Below, piece after piece: positions 38,483 through 51,655 of a stretch of 64,000 bases of DNA. Every line of letters begins with the position of its first letter. The stretch's first letter is position 1. A model generated the notes under the pieces. The model did not search any database, was not told where the DNA came from, and worked only from the letters and a program-made list of their open reading frames with translations. The DNA comes from Ramazzottius varieornatus (Eukaryota; Animalia; Tardigrada), in the NCBI GenBank assembly GCA_001949185.1, contig BDGG01000002.1, positions 4,268,448 through 4,332,447 on the forward strand. Direction: 5' to 3'. The position numbers were made by a program, and so were the translations under genes.

Positions 38483-39098
38483 GCATCCAGTCATTGGCTA
38501 CAAGGTGCCCAGGCAAGACCACCAGGGGCCTCCATTTTCTAAACATCAGTCACGCGTTGTTTGATCGAACCGTAAGCATCTCGCCAGTTGATCACCGATG
38601 AGTCATAAATGATGACAGGCCTGTGGTACATCGATACTTCGTTAATCAAGTAGAGTAATCAACCGCAGTCTCCCGTATGATTGCAAGTTCTCGGCTCGTG
38701 TACACACCACACACACACTGCACCGAACTCGTAGTCTCGTAGATGTGTTGGAGATTTCCGGATCGGGAAGAACGGTCTGACTGTCGAGGGAATATCAGCA
38801 GATCCAGCTGGATGAACCTTTCTCGGTCGAAATTTTTTCCTGGAGATTGGTGGTTGAACGTCCATCTTTAGCCCCTGGCTCTTTGCGCACAACGGCCTTG
38901 GAGTGGACTTCTCATACTTGGCTTAGTTGCACCTTGCTGGTTTCAGTTAGTGAACTAGGGAGACCTGCACGTATAAAGTTGGACTGCCAGGCACCTCTTC
39001 ACGATATCTCTCGCAGATTCTACGGTTGAGCAGACGACGAATACCTGCAAGAGAAGCTCCGAGGGGCAGTTGTGCGTCACTAAGCCTACAGCCTCGAT

Positions 39099-40494
39099 AT
39101 GGCCGACCAAGCTGACGAGTCATCTCCACGCAGCAGTTCTCCTCCCAATGCTGGATCCACCACAAGAACTTCCACCGGAACCGCGGTAATGGTTAAGCTA
39201 GTCTATTGTAATCGGATGTAACGCGAAGCTAAGCTCTCATTATACTGCATCGAAGCTTACGAGGTGTACATATACATATCTACCAGCTGCTTTAATGAAA
39301 ACTTTTCCTCGTTTAGAATTTCCTGTCGGAGCGCCGCACTGATTTGATCCTCAACGTTGTCCGGCTGCTGGTCGTCGTTTTCTTTCTCGGATATGTGACT
39401 GGTCTCGGGTAGGCATGGTAGCTATCAAGCTAGCTTATTCCTTGAGCTTCGGAGCAGCACGGCCTACGTGTTATCTTGTTCCAGGGGAAAAGGAGCGTTC
39501 TACAAGGCCTTAATAGCCATGGCGGCTGCGAGGTACGTTCTGCCATAATCAGCTGCATCTGCACAAGGAAAGGCATCAAGCTGAAAAGAGCTGTGAAGAC
39601 TGTAGGCGGCGTTGGTTCTAACCGGAAATTGTCTTGCAGTGCACTTCGGTTGTATCAGCGAACGAGAGAAGCTCCCGGAAACCGTGCAGATCGAACATGG
39701 GCGGTGGTCGCAACCACAGTCCTGGCCGAGGACAGCTGTCATCACCTTATGTACTGCATCCTGTTCCTGATCGGCTCACCGGTCACCTGTAAGCAGGATC
39801 ACTCCACACGTTTCTATAGAGTGACAGAGTATGATATCATAGTAGTGCTTCGAGTACTGTTGCTTATGTTTCCGGTTATGACTTTTGTAGTTGTGCTGGT
39901 TCCCATCACGTTGTTCGCTTTTCTCCATTCCATGGCCTTTTTCGTCAAGCTGGGAAACGTTCGTATATGACAAACATAACTGTTTTCATAGTTTTCGTCA
40001 GCGTGATTGTCGCGTTGGTCGTTAACTTAGTGCAAGAGTATTTTGCAAAGAGACTGAATCGGTATTAGGTGCTTATTACTCTCGCTTTACAGGAGATGAA
40101 TGTGGCTAGCGGAGTTGTTCGACCTATCGGACGACTCATCGAGGCCGAGCAGCAGCGAATGCTGATGATGGCCGCCATGGTTGAAATCATGCTGATGCCG
40201 TTGACAATCGGCATGGTGGCGACAGGGAAGATCATGCTGGTAGCTCCTTTCATGTACTACCGTTTCCTCCAGCTGCGATACCGGTCCCGAAGGAACCCAT
40301 ATTGCAGGTAAGCGATCCCCGGTCAGGGAGATAGTATTTGACGATGCCATAATGTTAATCTTTTTAGATTGATGTTTACTCAGCTACGCATGGCCGCGGA
40401 ACGCTTGGCGCAGCGTAGTCCTCCGGCTATCGGCAACGTTATCAGTAAGGGTATCGGACTAGTATCGCGTCTCGCACCTCCAGTGGCCGTCTGA
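39099..40494 (+). CDS. TMEM33: Transmembrane protein 33 (Pom33/Kr-h2 family)
   Basis: ALRLYQR, LAEDSCHHLMYCILF, PFMYYRFLQLRYRSRRNPYCR, VSRLAPP. Confidence 0.92.
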
Positions 40495-40840
40495 TTTCAA
40501 CAAAAACGTTCTCTCTATAATTATAACCATACGTAATTTATAACTTCTCATATATGCGACATCACCCTTGGTCCGTTTTCTACCAAAGTATGACAGCATT
40601 CAAACTTGTTTTCATCATGTACCGAACCTTTACTTATCATGACGTAGCAGCTTCGTAGCAGTCGATCGATGAGGGCTCTTCTCACATTCTTGTACCACAA
40701 GAGCACAACCGTCCCTACGTTCAACGCATCGCTCAGTTTCGCCATTGTTTACTCATCGCTGGGTTTACCTTATGGTTTCGCACTTGCGGCTTACTGTGAA
40801 TCGAAAGTTTAAATCGTCTCCTCGTTGTTCTAGACGTTGA

Positions 40841-40916
40841 GCCAGATCAGCATCTCAGGTAATGCTCGTTTCAATTAATTATCTGGAAGTATGCGCCACC
40901 CGGGAGAACAATTTGG
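40841..40916. repeat. Family A palindrome (highly degenerate), intergenic
   Basis: CAGATCAGCATCTCAGGTAATGCTC...TGCGCCACCCGGGAGAACAATTTG. Confidence 0.45.
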
Positions 40917-41066
40917 TTCGAACCATTTGGCCACGTTCCGTTTTACGAATTTGACTTCACGAGGGTAAAAAACAATGTTCATGTCAGTCTGGAAGCACAG
41001 TCAACACACAAATCTAGAAAAAGGGAAATGAAAAATGAGAAACAAATGCTGTACACGGGAGTGGCA

Positions 41067-43592
41067 TTACGCGGTGTATCTATTGGGTCTCCGCACCGGA
41101 GCGTAGGCCACTTTATCCTGATTAAAATACTCATTGACAACGATTCTAATTAGAAAGACGTGAAATAAAGCCACCAACAAACCAATACCGACCCAAAACA
41201 GAATAGGCAACCCACCCAAATCATGTCCGTGTTTATGTTCAGCCAGGATATGATGCGGATGCGGATCTGCGTCATGGATATTCTGAAGATGCAGCGTGTG
41301 TTTCAGTTCTTCCATGTGCTGTTTATCTTTCGTTATGTACAGAATGGCCGTTAAGGGTTCTGTTAACTTGACAGGGAACTCCTGCATCTCGGAGGTTAGC
41401 TGGACAGGAGGATCGAGACAGCCGGCATCACAGGCGTAAAAGGTCTTGTCGGACCTGTCCACTGCTACGAATAGGACCGGCTTGTTGTCGGTCTCTTCAC
41501 CGACACGCACGGAGATATTGAGGTGGACGTCGTTACCGTAAGCTACTCGCCGGAAGTCGTAGTTACGGTGGAGTTCCCGAGGATGGACTACCATCTCCAA
41601 GTGGTCGTAGTTGCTGTAGCGGAAGGCACCGAGGCTAAGGACGAAGGCTTGCAAGAAACCTTGAGCTCCCAATGCCAGGAAACTGCAAAATATAAACAGA
41701 ACACCCTGAGAACGAATAAACACCGCAGCCATTTGATTACACAAAAAAAAGGCAAAACGAACATACTGATGTGGAAACCGGAATCTGAGACCCAATCGGA
41801 AAGGCACATGACAGTCTCATCAAGTGGCGCACGCTGCCAACAAATAACAAACAAAAGACAACAATGGTAACGTGCGCCACTTCAGAAAACGATCTTAGAC
41901 GTTTCGTTTGCCGACCTGCTAATTCTTTTCTGATTTTTCGCAAATTTACAGTCGCTTCTGTGGGTAATTTCGAGCAAGTGAAACGTGAAAGAAGGTCGCA
42001 CCTTCCACAGCCTTTCTTTTGGAGCGTTAGTTTCCACAAGCCCGCCACTCTGACGATCTCTTCGACGGACCGGAAGTCGGACCAAAGAGTGGCCGCTTGA
42101 AGCGTGCTATGCCCCGAATAGCAGTGTCCTGGACTTTGTGGGGCTTCCACGATGTCCTTCATAGTCAACTGGTCACCACTCGCTTTGATCTCTTGATTGA
42201 GGAATCGCTCGAAGCAGAGGCTGTAGTACGCCGTTGCGTTGATCTTGTCGCCATTATAGGCATCCTTGGCTCGTGAATGACTGATAGCGAAACCTGTGGT
42301 CCATATATTGGCCCAAACCATCGCATGGCCTTTCAGGAGTGTATCCACTGTGTGTTGCTGGAGAGACTTGTAAATCTCGCGAACTTCTTCGGTCAGTTTG
42401 TTCTTGGTTGCCGTGTAGTCGGGACTGCTAGGCGGAAGTCCGTAGTAGCTGATGACAGTGAGGAGCTGAATCTGATGCCGCGCTCCCGTCTTCAAAATAA
42501 TTCTAAAATGGAATCGTAATGTTAGTAAAACGATGCAGATATGCGTATAGGAGCTTTTTATACTTGTTCGAGTTGGTGAGTGTCGGACGGATAACGACAA
42601 CGAGGGTCCGTTCGGAGGATGTTCTTGATTCGGAGATACCAGTGATGACTTCGCTGTCTTTCATTCCGCCGTCTAGTATCACAGTTTCTCTGAACTCGCC
42701 GAAATTCTTTTGGAGGCTGAAGCGGAGTTCCACGTCTTCGGCTAGAGCGTTGTAGAGGTCGAGCGTCTCGATGAGCAGGTTCGGTATTCTTCGGTGCGCC
42801 GCGATCTTCCGGTCGATCTGCAGACACCGCGAATCGCCCTCCATTGCGAATGACTGTAGGAGATGGACGATGCCGGATCTGAAGTCCATAACCGTGGCCG
42901 CCGTGTCTTTCTGCAACCGATGACCGGAGTATACATATCTCATAAGCGAATATCCCTCGATGGGAGCCAGGCAAGCAAACTCGACAAGTTTGATTTTCCA
43001 AGTGGCGCACGGTTCCGAGCAGCAACACTGGAAACGTGCGCCACTTCGACAAGCAGTCTTGTCAAGTGTGTTTGCCGAGCTCCCCAATAGTTTCGAACAA
43101 GAAACCCTCCACAGTTTAGCGCAAAAACCTACGCACCATTCTTTGCGGCTGAACGACTTCGACATCGACCATCGGGAAATAAGAAACAGCTTCGAACGAA
43201 CGTCCCTGTCGTATGAGCAGCCGAGAAGAGACTTCCGCCACGCCGAGCGCGATGTATCCATTCCCCGTTAAGGGAAAGTAATTGCTTTCGACTTCGTCAT
43301 AATGCAACGAAGAGTCAAATGAGTACACGGAGCTCTTGAATGTGTCCAGACGTTCCTGAAGGCAGCCCGTAGGCCATGGGAAGTATAGTGGACGCACGCC
43401 GCGCAGCTTCCGGAACATAAATGGGAAGATATACAGAACGGCGCTGAGCCCCAGGAGGAGGAAGAATATGCGACGGTAGTTGAGTTGTATCCGCATGTCT
43501 ACAAATGTATTGGCACTTTGCAGGCTTCGTGAGAAGTAGGGCCACATCCTAAAGAGCCAGTCTTTGGTCCAAACCTTCCAGTGCCAGCTCAT
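41067..43592 (-). CDS. KIAA2013: KIAA2013-like (DUF2152) membrane protein; the start may be 43496
   Basis: [67 protein letters not shown]...[13 protein letters not shown]. Confidence 0.9.
41806..41910. repeat. Family A palindrome in KIAA2013 intron (expanded 39-nt spacer)
   Basis: AAGTGGCGCAC-N39-GTGCGCCACTT. Confidence 0.85.
42981..43064. repeat. Family A palindrome in KIAA2013 intron
   Basis: AAGTGGCGCAC-N25-GTGCGCCACTT. Confidence 0.85.
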
Positions 43593-44083
43593 CGTTCTTC
43601 ACACCATCCAAGCTTGTCCTTCAGGTGAACGCGTGGCCACAGCGGATTGACGTGCCCAGCAAGACCGCTTACAAAACGTGTCTCCACAGTCGCGTCGAGC
43701 GCATGGTCGGCAGTCAGGTTGATGGCATGATGAAGGGAATCTTCCTGCGACTTTTTTGCAAACTCCCAAATGCGAGGAACAATAATTTGCCAAATAATTG
43801 CCAAAATTGAAAACTCTAATCAACATCACTGGAGTGCTGCTAAACAGAGCAGACACTTGCAATTTGCCTCCCATGAATTTTTTTTCCAGTCATGATATTG
43901 GCCCGTCTCCGGGCATGAACCACGCAACTTCAATTCCGCCCCAACGGCCTTTTTGTTTTCTGCCAAGCTGGATGGGACATAAAAAGCCAGCCATTGAGCT
44001 CCTGATTACCTGTTTTGTCAAACAAAATATTGTATCAAGCTTTCTATAACCCGACGAAAAAGAAGACGGCAGATCTAAGCTGG

Positions 44084-44864
44084 CAAGGGATTTACGCCAG
44101 TCTGTCCATTCTGATCTTCAAACAAATACGACAGAAAGATAGAGGAGTGTTTGCTCCACACACTGAGACAGACTGAATCGGCAGAATAAAATACTGGAAG
44201 ACACCGCAGGAAGCGGAAGTAACGTCAAATTCAGGGCGGATCATTAGTGTGATAGTAAATCAACCGATTTGACTGCCTACTGGCTGGTTTCGTATTGATT
44301 GATCCCGCTGTACTTGGACTCTCCGCTCAGCTGAGCGCAACCCGTTTGTTGTACCTGTTCCTTCTTTGCTCTTACCTTCTTCGTTCCGTTACTGAATAAT
44401 CTCCACACGCGGCTGCTCTGGACTCCGTCAATCCATTGAATGTTCTGAAGCTTCTGGAAGACGACTAAAAGCAGTTCTTCCAACTGGACGATCAACCGAG
44501 CGAGGCTGACAAGCAGCTGGAGACACTGGTCAAAGGTATCATTGCCGTTAACAATACAAAACATTGCAGTGAGATACTCCAGCAGCTTCTGTTCTTACTC
44601 CAGAGTTAAAGGATATCAAAATCAACCAAGCTGGAGTGCAGAGGGATCAATCAATATGAAATCAACCAGTAGGCAATCAAATCGGTTAATTTACTATCAC
44701 ACTGATGATCCACCCTGAATTTGACGTCTTTTCCGCTTCCTGCGGTGTCTTCCAGGATTTTATTCCGCCGATTCAGTCTGTCTCAGTGTGTGGAGCAAAC
44801 ACTCTCTATCTTTCTGTCGTATCTGTTTAAAGATCAGAATGGACAGACTGGCGCAAATCCCTTG
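44084..44864. mobile_element. Non-autonomous foldback DNA transposon with about 230-bp TIRs, CAAGGG termini and 3-bp TSD (TGG)
   Basis: 44084 to about 44315 is the near-perfect reverse complement of about 44636-44864; TGG at 44081-83 and 44865-67. Confidence 0.88.
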
Positions 44865-45076
44865 TGGGTTTTCTAAGCGGAACTACCAGCAGACGAGTCG
44901 TCGCGCACCCCATCCACTTCTCCTGTGGACGTATTCAATCAAGAAATTGATTGCGGGCGTCTGCTCCCAGTATTGCTCGGGTTAGCAACACATCAGTGGT
45001 TAATGCTGTTGTTTAGTGTACACAAAGGGACCGGAAGTTACTGCGAAAGTTGATCCTTACTCTCATCCCGAGAATC

Positions 45077-46075
45077 ATGGGAATGTCTACGCTGTTAAAG
45101 AAAAGAAGACGCCTTTCGGTCAGCGATGAGGAATGCTGCGATACGGAGGGAGAAGGTAAGAGTTATTGGATTCGCGGCGTTGGGAGTTCTGCAGTAGTGT
45201 CAGGTGTGTTTCTGTCTTTCAGGGAAGGCTTTTCGAACATGTGCAACCTCTTGGCATATGGAAGACTCGTGGCTGTTAGATGCTGCGATCCTGTACCGTA
45301 GTGAGTGGATGACGAACGAGAGCGAGAACAACAGCAGCGAGATTGAGACGGCCGAGGCCGACTTCCGCTTCTCCCACGGGATGATGGATAGCCTTGCGGA
45401 CATGCTGCTGCTGGAAATATTCAGGTACCTGAGCGCTCCAGACCTTCGGAACCCTATTTCCGGGTAAGGCATTGCTGTATGTGGTTATGGAATAGGTACT
45501 CGGGGTAGATGTATGGCTTTATAGTAGTGGGGGTTGATTGCAGAGTCTGCAAGCGGTGGAGATTCCTTTGTAAGAGTCGAACTGCGCTGAGGGCTGTCTT
45601 TATCGACAGTACGGTTCTTCCCGTCCTTCCGCCAACCAGGCGTAGCATGCAGTATGGGGACATATGCAAATCCTGGGAAGAGTTCTTGTCAGATGACACG
45701 ATACGACTTTGCGTCAAGATTCCTCTCAGTTTGACAAAGCCCGCAGTGGCGTATGGAACTGTAGACGACAGGATAGTTCTACCTTTGTTCACTCGAAGAA
45801 AGAAACGGCTGTGCTTTGCTGTATTGTGGGACTTCATGGTGTCCCCAGACGTCGAAACGTTCTGGAAGACGGAAGCTGTGGCGGAGAAAGAAGTGGTGCT
45901 TAATGAGAAAGATATGGCTTTCGATCATTTGGCTTGTCTGACTGGACACCGAGTCTTAATCAAGATGGAGACAGTGCAGACGGTCTTTGCGCATATCCGA
46001 ATGAAGGTTTCCGACGAAGGCCTGTTTCTGTTGTACACTGGCCCTGCAAAGTTTGTCCTAGATCAGTCCGAGTGA
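45077..46075 (+). CDS. F-box protein with unrecognised C-terminal domain, three exons
   Basis: Spliced F-box MDSLADMLLLEIFRYLSAPDLRNPISG/VCKRWRFL; NLS-like KKRRR. Confidence 0.72.
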
Positions 46076-49000
46076 ACGAATGGCCTTTTGATTAACAGTC
46101 ACTCGGTTTTTTGGTTCCGTAACCTGGCTGCCAAGTCTGAAATTTGAAAGTTTGAAAGCGCAGGTAGAGTGATACACGTGCAGAATGTACTAAAATTCTG
46201 ATGGACTATCACGAGGAGAGTTGGATGACGTAGGATTTCTCCACTGGGATTGGATAATGTAACTCCGCCCAAATAGAGGTAAAGGTGACGTATAGGTCAC
46301 GTGCTTTAGTCGCGTATGTTGCACACGTGACTTTTGACGTCATACGCAGCATCGGTGGGTAACAGCACTTGCATGTGTGAAAGTGACAAGATTGAAAAGG
46401 AAACCTGTCCGAATAGATGTCTGATTGGTTTGGTGGAAGTATGCCATATCAGACAGTGTGTGTAGGATCGTGGTCTTAAGTGTTATTCGAGTACAGTTTG
46501 TAACACGCAATTAACTTTACTACTGTATTAATTATTCTACCGGCTTGCAGTGGCCGCACGTGTTTTTTCCTTTGAGCAAAAAGATAGCCCTCAAAATCTA
46601 ACATTTAAACGGAACAACGGATCCGGCAGAAAGTTGCTTGACAGAGTGGGAAGAAAAGTCAAAGCTGCGTTAGTTCACTGAGAGCAATGCTGAACACTAG
46701 CCAGAACAAACTTGCTGCTTTCTCCACTGGTAAAAGAACCCCATAGCCTGCCAAACCCGACTCTCCGCGTGATTGTGCCATGCTATCCAATGCTATAAAG
46801 CCTGGCATGGCAAACAGCTTCGGCACGTGTATCACTCTGGCGCAGGTGAATAACAGTTCAAGCTCCTTGTTTTGATTTTGCTAGCTGGATATTCGCCCTA
46901 CAAGTTTTCATCTTCCCGACCTGTCTGGCATTTCGAAGCAGATACAAGCGGATACCATCGCACCGAGCAACCTGAAAGTGCTGACAGCGGGGAGACGGAT
47001 GATTGTTAGAGTATCGCTGTGACTTCCACGATATTGTGACTTCTTCCTTGATGGATCTCGGCTTCGCGCTGCTGAACGTTCCGCCAAGTTGTGCGCTTGT
47101 GTTCAGGCATTAGGCTGATGCTTGTAGCTTCCGTAAAAGCCAAGATCGAGTTATCTTCTTATCATGTCAAAGGAGTAGGCAGTGATATCTTGCGTGACTT
47201 CCTCCGGGTGACCTCATGATCACACGAGGCGTAAACGATCGTCGGGCCCACCCGCGACTATGGCGTGCTTCCCGGAATTCAAGTTTAATGGCCACGTTGA
47301 CGAGATAATTGCCGGCTTGAATGCGACGGAAGAGTGACAAGTAACGGTCTCGTCGACATAATTTACGTCTACCGCTGGACTTCGCTTCACTTCCGTCTCC
47401 GCAGCTTCGGCTTCCACTGTCCCTCATCTGCCCACTTTCCTGGCCATAAATCTCTAGCAATAATTATACGAGCTTAAAACTTATAACTGGCTGTATTCGC
47501 GCCGCTGTTCTTCCGGGTTGCCCCTTTATGCGCATTCACACGTGTATCCTTATACTATACCTCGTACTCCTACAGTATAGGCGCTGGTTTTGGGCTCAGT
47601 TTTTGACTGGCTGTTCAAAACGTGACGTATCAGCAAGCTTGATGCCTGTGTTGAATGACGTAGGAAAGCTCGTGACAGATCGTTGGATCGCTCTGACTTA
47701 TACATGCTCGCAATGTTTGGACTGGTGTCTGGAAGAGCTTTCCATACTGCCGCAAACTGCTGACTCACACAGTAGTCTGGCAGACTCTCCCGGCATCTTC
47801 TCTCAGTGAACTTGCCTGAATTGTTGGCAACGTTGTCTCTTCGCAAGCCTTGCTGGCACAGAAACGTACGCCGTCGTACAGCACTGGTCTGATACGGACC
47901 ATATACATGCAATCGCGGCGGGCACGGCGGCGTTTTGAATTATTAAAAGTGGTTATATTCTACAGGAAAACGAAGCGGCGGGTTTTGTTTCACATCTCTA
48001 GATCTGGTTTCCGGCGCCGGTTTCCAGCCCAGCTCAGCGACTCGCGATGACATCAGAGGACCCGCTACGAAGGCCTTTGCGTGCTACCTAGGCTTCACGC
48101 CAGGTAAAAATACGTTCAGACTAGGAAGAATAACTCTAAATGGTGAAACGCTGATTAGATTGTTGCGTGTTACTTCAAGATGAAGGATCGGGCAAAAGTT
48201 TGAGGGTTCATAAGGAGTGATTTGTTTTCAATGGGAGCAGGGTTCGTACCCTGGTCCGCGTATCTTCGGCAGTAGTCTCGCTGTACATACGTACGCGAAG
48301 TGAGCGCTGCATGAGAGTGTTGGTGGAAAGAGAACCGGAGGCGTGATTCGTGAGCATCTGTCGTGGGCGCTGCCAACATCACCAACCCACACAAGTATTG
48401 CAGCCAGATTGCCTGGATGGCACATGTTCCAACCCGTAATACTTTGTTTTGCGGCGAGAAAGTGGTCGAACCGTCGGAAATGGTTAGCCCATTAAATGAT
48501 CCAGCCTCCCTTCCATTTGACAAATGCTTTCGTGCGCTCCGTGTGAATTCCTCCCTGGATCGATATAACTTGTTTCTTACCCATTAACTAGCAACTGTCG
48601 TTTATCTCGACCCAGACGATCGGTCATTCGTCTTTCTTGGCATTTTCCAAAAATTATGGCGCAATTGGCGCAGCCCCATTGTTCCGTATCCAAATTTCCA
48701 TAATTCCATAATTACTGGTCGAAACATTAATTTTCTTCTGAAATTTCCGTGGGCTTTAGTTCCCAGTTCGCAACTTCGCGCTTTGGGTCTTCACAGTTCT
48801 CGGAGATTGCGCGGTGTGTTCGTGTAATCAGATTGGAATATCGGGAGGACAGGACTAAAGTGAAACAGCAGGTGAGGAACATTAACATTTTTGGGCGGAA
48901 ATGGATATGGTGGATAGCTTACAGAGGACGCTCATGTTTATAAAACATGGCGCGATCGAGCATGTCGTTACGATATCAAGCGGGTCGCCGTGTGTTTATG

Positions 49001-51507
49001 CGAAACTGTGCGGTCATAATGTGTCAAAATGGGCCGATATTCTGCGTCATTCTTCATGCAAAAGTATATTTGCGTATCGGTTTGGCTTAGTGCCCTAATT
49101 TTCTGCAACGTATCGTTGACGCTGGAGTGTCTTCTCGGATGGAAGACGCTCAAATGCTACAAAGTGCCAGTCCAAAGTAAATTGAATGTTGTAAACGAAC
49201 ACTTTGCTTGTAAATGGATACACTGAACATCGGTCCTGTCCAAATGCCAATATGAATGTCATATCGCTGGCTTGAGGACAGTTGAACACTAGTCATTCGT
49301 CTGATCGGCGATCGTGGCGCAGTTGTTGAGCTCGATCGGTGTCAAAAAGCAGGAAAAACGTCACTGCGGATACGTGTGAGTAATGTGACATGCATAAGTG
49401 ACCCGTAGCTGTGGCTGTGGCTGTGTGTGGTGCTGCTCCAGAGATACTTCCGCTTGGCCGAGCTCATTTGCCAGATCCCGCGCTTGATCCCTTTGGAGTG
49501 CGCGAGTGAGTGTGGAGAGCCGCAGATTGCACCATATGTCAGCCGTGTTGGCCCTACTCTGTCACGCAAAGCGGCGCAAAGTAACCTACTGAATAAATTA
49601 CCATGTCAAACAGGACTTGTCAAACCTCGCCCGCCATGAAGCGTAAATCGATCAGCCTAAAAAAATGCCGCCGTTCGTCCCCATGTTTACCCGCCAAACA
49701 GAACGTTCAGGGATTGCTGCATTAGCACCAGAGGATTTCTGGATCAAAAGGTGCAGCTGCTCCTCCATAATTCATCTGTTCCAATTCCTCACAGCGCAAC
49801 CCGAGGACCCACATTCAGGGTACTGTATAGGCTCGGAAGTCGACAGTTGCATGACTTTCACTTCGACAACAGTTCATTATGGCTATTGAGAATTGTGGCT
49901 ATTCATTACGCTATTGAGAACTACGTATAACGACCTGCGGGGAAGGTCGCTCATGAATGAGGGTGGTTTGAGAACCGCGAGCGAAGATTGTGGGAATTCT
50001 TCGTAGTGTTTTTCCAACTAGCAACCTCCGCGCCTCGGTTACGAAAGACTTACACGAGGAAAAGTTGCATATCTTGTCACATGAACTTCATTTGAAACTG
50101 ATGGGTTAATTCCTGGTTCGTTCTCCAACCAGCGGATATGATACGATTAAAAAGCCATACATGTATGTCTGTAGCGTGATTGAATTGTCGGTCAATCGTA
50201 TACGTGAGACTGTAGACCTTATTCCTTGTTTCTCACGATGTTATGAACCTCTTCATTTGATCAGCACAGATCGATGTAAGAATTCAGAAGACACAAAGAC
50301 CTACGAGTACTAAGAATGTCGACATTGTTTTCGGTGTCGATATCCATCGATTTTGTCGTATCTGTGGATTATTGCAAGCTCTTAACATATTACGACCGGC
50401 TGGCATGCTGGGGTGCACAGCAGGACAAGAAGGAAGATTTTCTGTTGGCTGGTAAGGCATATTAAAGTTTAATATTGAATTGCGGAAATGACTGGCTGGA
50501 GACATCAGAGAGCTCAGTTCAACCGTACTGAACGTCCTTCCCGGCAGTGGGGAACCCAGTCTCTGGAAAGAGTCAAGACAGAAGTCCTTCAAGCATTAGC
50601 ATAGTAAACAGAGTAAACACCACAGAACAGAAGAATGGGTTATTTGTCAAATGAGAAAGGGATTCTTCGTAAATTTTCCATTCTTGCTGTTTCGTCAAGG
50701 TGTTGCAGGGAATATTCAGGGCTCTCGAACAGTACCAACTGTCACAAAATGACATGATTAATTTTGGAGATGAATTACGAAAGTTTTATACCAGCGCGGG
50801 ATTTTAGTAATTTTAGTTATTATTTTACAATGGGCAATTCCGCTTACCTTGTACGGCTTTGTAAGATTCACGCGTTACGGCATCGGACGCGTGAAACTGA
50901 ACCCCGGTGCAGAGATCTACTACCTACTCCCTAGGGCATGCTCGCGTAAATAATATTGCAGTGCGTGAGATGCTTGAGGCACTACAGCACCGGACCTCTG
51001 TCTTCTTCTTTAGGCTTCCATAGGATTTCAACCAGTTCTCCGGTGCAAAATATTTTTATATGGCTGTTCGACAGTCCATTAAAATCCTCGCAAGAACTGC
51101 TTCTAGTCTTGTACTCTCAATACACCACATTGATGTAAAAACGAAAACGTCGTCTCCTGAACAATTTGAAAAACTTTCTCATGTGACAAAATCCAAATGA
51201 AGCGGGAAAAATAGCCCTAGGAGAAATTAACTATTTTGACAGTCGTTTCCAGATGTAATCCAAACACTTGTGGATCAATTCGAGCATTTGTTCAATCGAC
51301 GGACTGTCATACAGTCTTAGATCGCCTTCTGCTGTTTCGATTAACCCCAACGCAAGCTTTACACGACGTACTATTTAATTACGAGACAATATACTGAACA
51401 ACGAAGTTGTTAGGTTTTCGAATGTTTCTCTCGATTCTCGAACGTATGGATATGATGCAAGCTCGTTCCTGTTTTGATTAGATAATATGGACAATGGGCA
51501 AACAACG

Positions 51508-51600
51508 TGTACAAGACTTTCATGTCCAGTGGCGCTCTCCACTGCGCAGCAGCAGTGAAACCTTGCGCCACCTGAAATAACAATTTTGTATGTTTCGTTT
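51508..51600. repeat. Family A palindrome upstream of the NPF receptor
   Basis: AGTGGCGCTC-N25-TTGCGCCACCTG. Confidence 0.7.
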
Positions 51601-51655
51601 ACCCAGCTCGCTCAATATGGCGAAGCAGGAAGTGGAACACAACTAAGGGCATATG

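Noticed and set aside
46100-51500. Many 60-120 aa ORFs in the long region upstream of the NPF receptor
   Set aside because: No motifs or consistent exon chain; treated as regulatory or UTR-intron DNA.
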